This document shows positions 63,301 through 64,000 of a stretch of 64,000 nt of DNA, one piece after another. Made by a program: the position numbers and the translations under genes. Positions within the stretch are counted from its first letter, which is position 1, and every line of letters begins with the position of its first letter. This DNA is from Phoronis australis. Its lineage: Eukaryota > Animalia > Phoronida. Under the pieces are notes generated by a model. That model did not search any database, was not told where the DNA came from, and worked only from the letters and a program-made list of their open reading frames with translations. The DNA lies in NCBI GenBank assembly GCA_002633005.1, contig NMRA01000588.1, positions 124,001 through 188,000 of the forward strand. The letters run 5' to 3'.

Positions 63301-63518
63301 GACACCAAACCATGGTGTTTGAAAAGTCACCAGATATACTTTAATGCTAACGATTAAACACTGTCAGTATAATTAGATTTTGACCACTTAATTTTGTATT
63401 CAGGTTGAAAAAGCAACTGTTGAGGAAAAGCTGCAGTCCTTAAAGACTGCGGCTGAAAGTGAATCAGAAACACAGGCTGTCCTGAAAGAAAGAGATGATC
63501 TCATTCAGTTGACTGAAG
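39247..63518 (+). CDS. AKAP9: AKAP9/pericentrin-family centrosomal coiled-coil scaffold, partial (exon 1 not found; gene continues beyond the window)
   Basis: Exons 39247-39366, 40201-40239, 41814-41951, 42685-42729, 43687-43863, 45310-45768, 46702-48321, 49311-49433, 49935-50147, 51468-53966 (terminal), 61364-61441, 61731-61808, 62407-62586 and 63404-63518. Peptides LAAFQRKK, LEETLHGKQ, FQQAV...QRDEVIRQLSERLQQ and RAELEEVHGEQIVMIKQ resemble AKAP9/PCNT N-terminal blocks as I recall them (LAQFRQRK, AGKQ, QRDGIITQL, RAELDEMYGQQIVQMKQ). Confidence 0.8.
40201..40239 (+). CDS. AKAP9: AKAP9/PCNT-like micro-exon (SLEGSSADEMASL)
   Basis: tttcag acceptor, gtaaga donor, phase 0-0. Confidence 0.7.
41160..41214. 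mobile_element. 55-bp pogo/Tc1-mariner-type mini-MITE (perfect hairpin)
   Basis: Perfect 25-bp arms CCGTATTCGCCGTAATAACCGCCCA, 5-nt loop, TA on both sides. Confidence 0.85.
41814..41951 (+). CDS. AKAP9: AKAP9/PCNT-like exon (ERDEAADR...LEETLHGKQAALDSLIQENDQLKSK)
   Basis: tgtag acceptor, gtgggt donor, coiled coil. Confidence 0.88.
42685..42729 (+). CDS. AKAP9: AKAP9/PCNT-like micro-exon (METENAPSVEEYVTK)
   Basis: tttgcag acceptor, gtatga donor, phase 0-0. Confidence 0.75.
42986..43626. mobile_element. PIF/Harbinger-like MITE
   Basis: GGGGCCTGTTTCCTGAA...TTCATGAAGCGGGCCCC termini; multiple subterminal TAAGACC/GGTCTTA motifs. Confidence 0.75.
43687..43863 (+). CDS. AKAP9: AKAP9/PCNT-like exon (IEGFQQAVAARDQALVQRDEVIRQLSERLQQ...QLEQ)
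   Basis: tgtag acceptor, gtaggg donor. Confidence 0.88.
45310..45768 (+). CDS. AKAP9: AKAP9/PCNT-like exon (ADILLRKQ...RAELEEVHGEQIVMIKQ...LTKQ)
   Basis: tttcag acceptor, gtgagt donor; overlaps the 171-aa ORF. Confidence 0.9.
46702..48321 (+). CDS. AKAP9: AKAP9/PCNT-like 1620-nt coiled-coil exon
   Basis: tgtag acceptor, GAG|gtttgt donor; 540 codons rich in E/L/K/Q heptads. Confidence 0.92.
48358..48757. mobile_element. Kolobok-like non-autonomous element
   Basis: TTAA|GGTAACAAGTACCCC...GGGGTACACGTAACC|TTAA: 15-bp imperfect TIRs and TTAA TSD. Confidence 0.8.
49311..49433 (+). CDS. AKAP9: AKAP9/PCNT-like exon (ETMAFELRTQK...LQAAK)
   Basis: tttcag acceptor, gtgtgt donor. Confidence 0.87.
49935..50147 (+). 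CDS. AKAP9: AKAP9/PCNT-like exon (LENEQRFVEEMRK...SVDSL)
   Basis: gctag acceptor, gtaagc donor. Confidence 0.87.
51468..53966 (+). CDS. AKAP9: AKAP9/PCNT-like 2.5-kb alternative terminal exon (832 aa coiled coil plus stop)
   Basis: tgtag acceptor in frame with the 823-aa ORF; ends in TAG at 53964-53966, followed by a U/GU-rich UTR-like tract. Confidence 0.9.
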   Translation: MSGYTVSDPLSTPRDLGYVSPDKVAVCSILEGKHADISHSNLSHEDAVNENKNLKKQVAALLGQTVDVSKFDQILGENKMLKEQLASYQNENILTSKLTWQDSGGHTYPYLQNTGTTLHSIRSDDASSDDLIQEILSLRSQLERQQSQTGAENSLVVTDVGCKDHLQTVKEDNARLEDEKSQVAMKLELSQRMCKDLEAKNTSLQNEMEELKLTMSLAENEDNALNVENDLLKTRLSEERDEKSLVGNRLDASLSKCGNLELKVKALEDQLHSSHMEKYTFQQERDAATQEVESLKQLNSTLKDEKQLIEREFAKLKKKFAKDTEDHAVLPLHLPLKKELSPPKSVLSPVIEETNASLSPVIEEINTSLEDGAEALAKNEVDDLDVSQVSSVSSVSTLPSPSSLDLVDAQNGIEQDLKNEVMKLTVALDQQKEDFQAKFIDLEKRLQVENTKKNEMDLELEVLRCKCKELESEKQKAISSFVETQKELELTQEQYKLDVSQLDSELKNVEVHSTPKQEKSNLSITDLEVTEVPPGVYSEGFDVSLSGSGKTSPLVMCEKLEFLEKSNVELVKENKVLNLRLSQQERIVNELRERVDHCDFSSSDSQRALYTEQLSMLRTQRDQLFQRLEVQLDKERTMSDMLGQHSMLEENLRREKHLLASKLREKEAIEVQLLAERTALEKSIREQQQLESSLLQKDQIEVELTKQKRLLENELDEIESRLVERELQLEHEKELLSEELKTKDMVIQRLESVCKQSNEKKTVAFSVETKTGSDQGRSEVKPSSRKCKAVKSTRRDVDREHADAIERLRHELSVEFESTESSRKYHSSWLSL
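54715..54720 (+). terminator. Candidate poly(A) signal for the short AKAP9/PCNT-like isoform
   Basis: First AATAAA I found after the stop at 53966. Confidence 0.55.
56668..56827. mobile_element. Degenerate pogo/Tc1-mariner-type MITE related to 41160-41214
   Basis: CGTAATAAGCGCCCA and repeated TAACCGCCC motifs; ends CGATTTACAG|TA. Confidence 0.6.
59378..59486. repeat. Dispersed repeat / Tc1-mariner-like end
   Basis: CTCAGAATCCTAGCAACTTTGTGTCCCAA is similar to CTCAGAATCCCAGCAAATTTGTGTCTCAA at ~61118; ends TACAGTA. Confidence 0.5.
61364..61441 (+). CDS. AKAP9: AKAP9/PCNT-like exon, long isoform (LESLKSQQDREIDSLKQELATTKESQ)
   Basis: Pyrimidine tract plus gaag acceptor, gtacac donor, phase 0-0. 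Confidence 0.78.
61731..61808 (+). CDS. AKAP9: AKAP9/PCNT-like exon, long isoform (STVTEETQRLKVTHSEEIEKLKRQHE)
   Basis: ttttag acceptor, gtaatg donor. Confidence 0.82.
62407..62586 (+). CDS. AKAP9: AKAP9/PCNT-like exon, long isoform (NDVKLQLDAVKVSLEQVYNSQ...EVQ)
   Basis: aacag acceptor, gttagg donor. Confidence 0.82.
63404..63518 (+). CDS. AKAP9: AKAP9/PCNT-like exon, long isoform (VEKATVEEKLQSLK...LIQLTE)
   Basis: ttcag acceptor, gtacag donor, phase 0-1. Confidence 0.8.
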
Positions 63519-63699
63519 GTACAGTTACATGTTTATGCAAGAAAAGTGTAAATTTGGACATTGCTCTAGAAAATAGTCTGATTGGAATTTTGTTTGCTCC
63601 CATGAGAGGAGAAGAATCACGGAGCATCATGACAAGAATAAATTTTACAAAAGTCAAGGTATAGAGAGGTTGTCTTCACCATTTGAAATCAGAATCTGT

Positions 63700-64000
63700 T
63701 GCAAAAGTGGTGAATCATTCTATTTCCGTCATTAGTGAGATTCACAAATTTAAGAAAAGTTACATTGAATGTCCATTAAAATTTTTAGCATAATTTTGTG
63801 GATAATTTGATTTCCTCTCTATCGCACAAATTCAAACTATTAAAGCTATTTAATCAATTGTAATTGTTTTGTCACTTATGATGTAACTGTTATAGGTTAA
63901 TATAGGATATCAACAAATTGTGACCATTTAAGGTTATGTTACAAATTAAGTTGGGAATGGTTCTGTTTTCATCATTAGTGAGATTCACAAATTTTAGAAA
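63700..64000. repeat. ~243-bp period direct repeat (may continue past the window)
   Basis: TCATTAGTGAGATTCACAAATTT at ~63729 and ~63972, with weaker upstream similarity. Confidence 0.6.

Noticed and set aside
1-64000. CRISPR arrays, rRNA, intact transposase/RT genes, snoRNAs, U12 introns
   Set aside because: None recognisable by eye; covariance-model searches (Rfam) were not possible, so small ncRNAs may have been missed

Overview
Intron-rich, AT-rich animal genomic DNA, probably from a marine invertebrate (taxon inferred only from gene and repeat style). It is not prokaryotic: no rRNA, CRISPR or operons were seen. Genes reconstructed by hand from GT-AG junctions and reading-frame continuity: (1) a minus-strand type I membrane protein with signal peptide, one Ig domain and a TM helix, encoded by a single coding exon (9971-10609); (2) a complete 12-exon minus-strand ACOT9-like mitochondrial acyl-CoA thioesterase (19457-31676, 442 aa); (3) an orphan last coding exon of a second ACOT9 paralog (35156-35226) next to a 208-N assembly gap; (4) a large plus-strand AKAP9/pericentrin-family coiled-coil gene (39247 to beyond 63518) whose first exon was not found. 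This gene has a 2.5-kb internal exon ending in a stop plus poly(A) signal, although more coiled-coil exons follow downstream, which implies a short isoform. That exon carries tandem LSPVIEE (PP2A-B56-type) motifs and a KTVAF (PP1 RVxF-type) motif. Introns and intergenic DNA hold many non-autonomous DNA transposons/MITEs (Academ-, Kolobok-, Harbinger- and pogo-like, plus a GC-rich family with 5-bp TSDs), a degenerate tRNA-like element and several tandem repeats. I found no clear evidence of a wholly new multi-gene system. The best leads are the phosphatase-docking short AKAP9/PCNT isoform and the diverged tandem ACOT9 pair.
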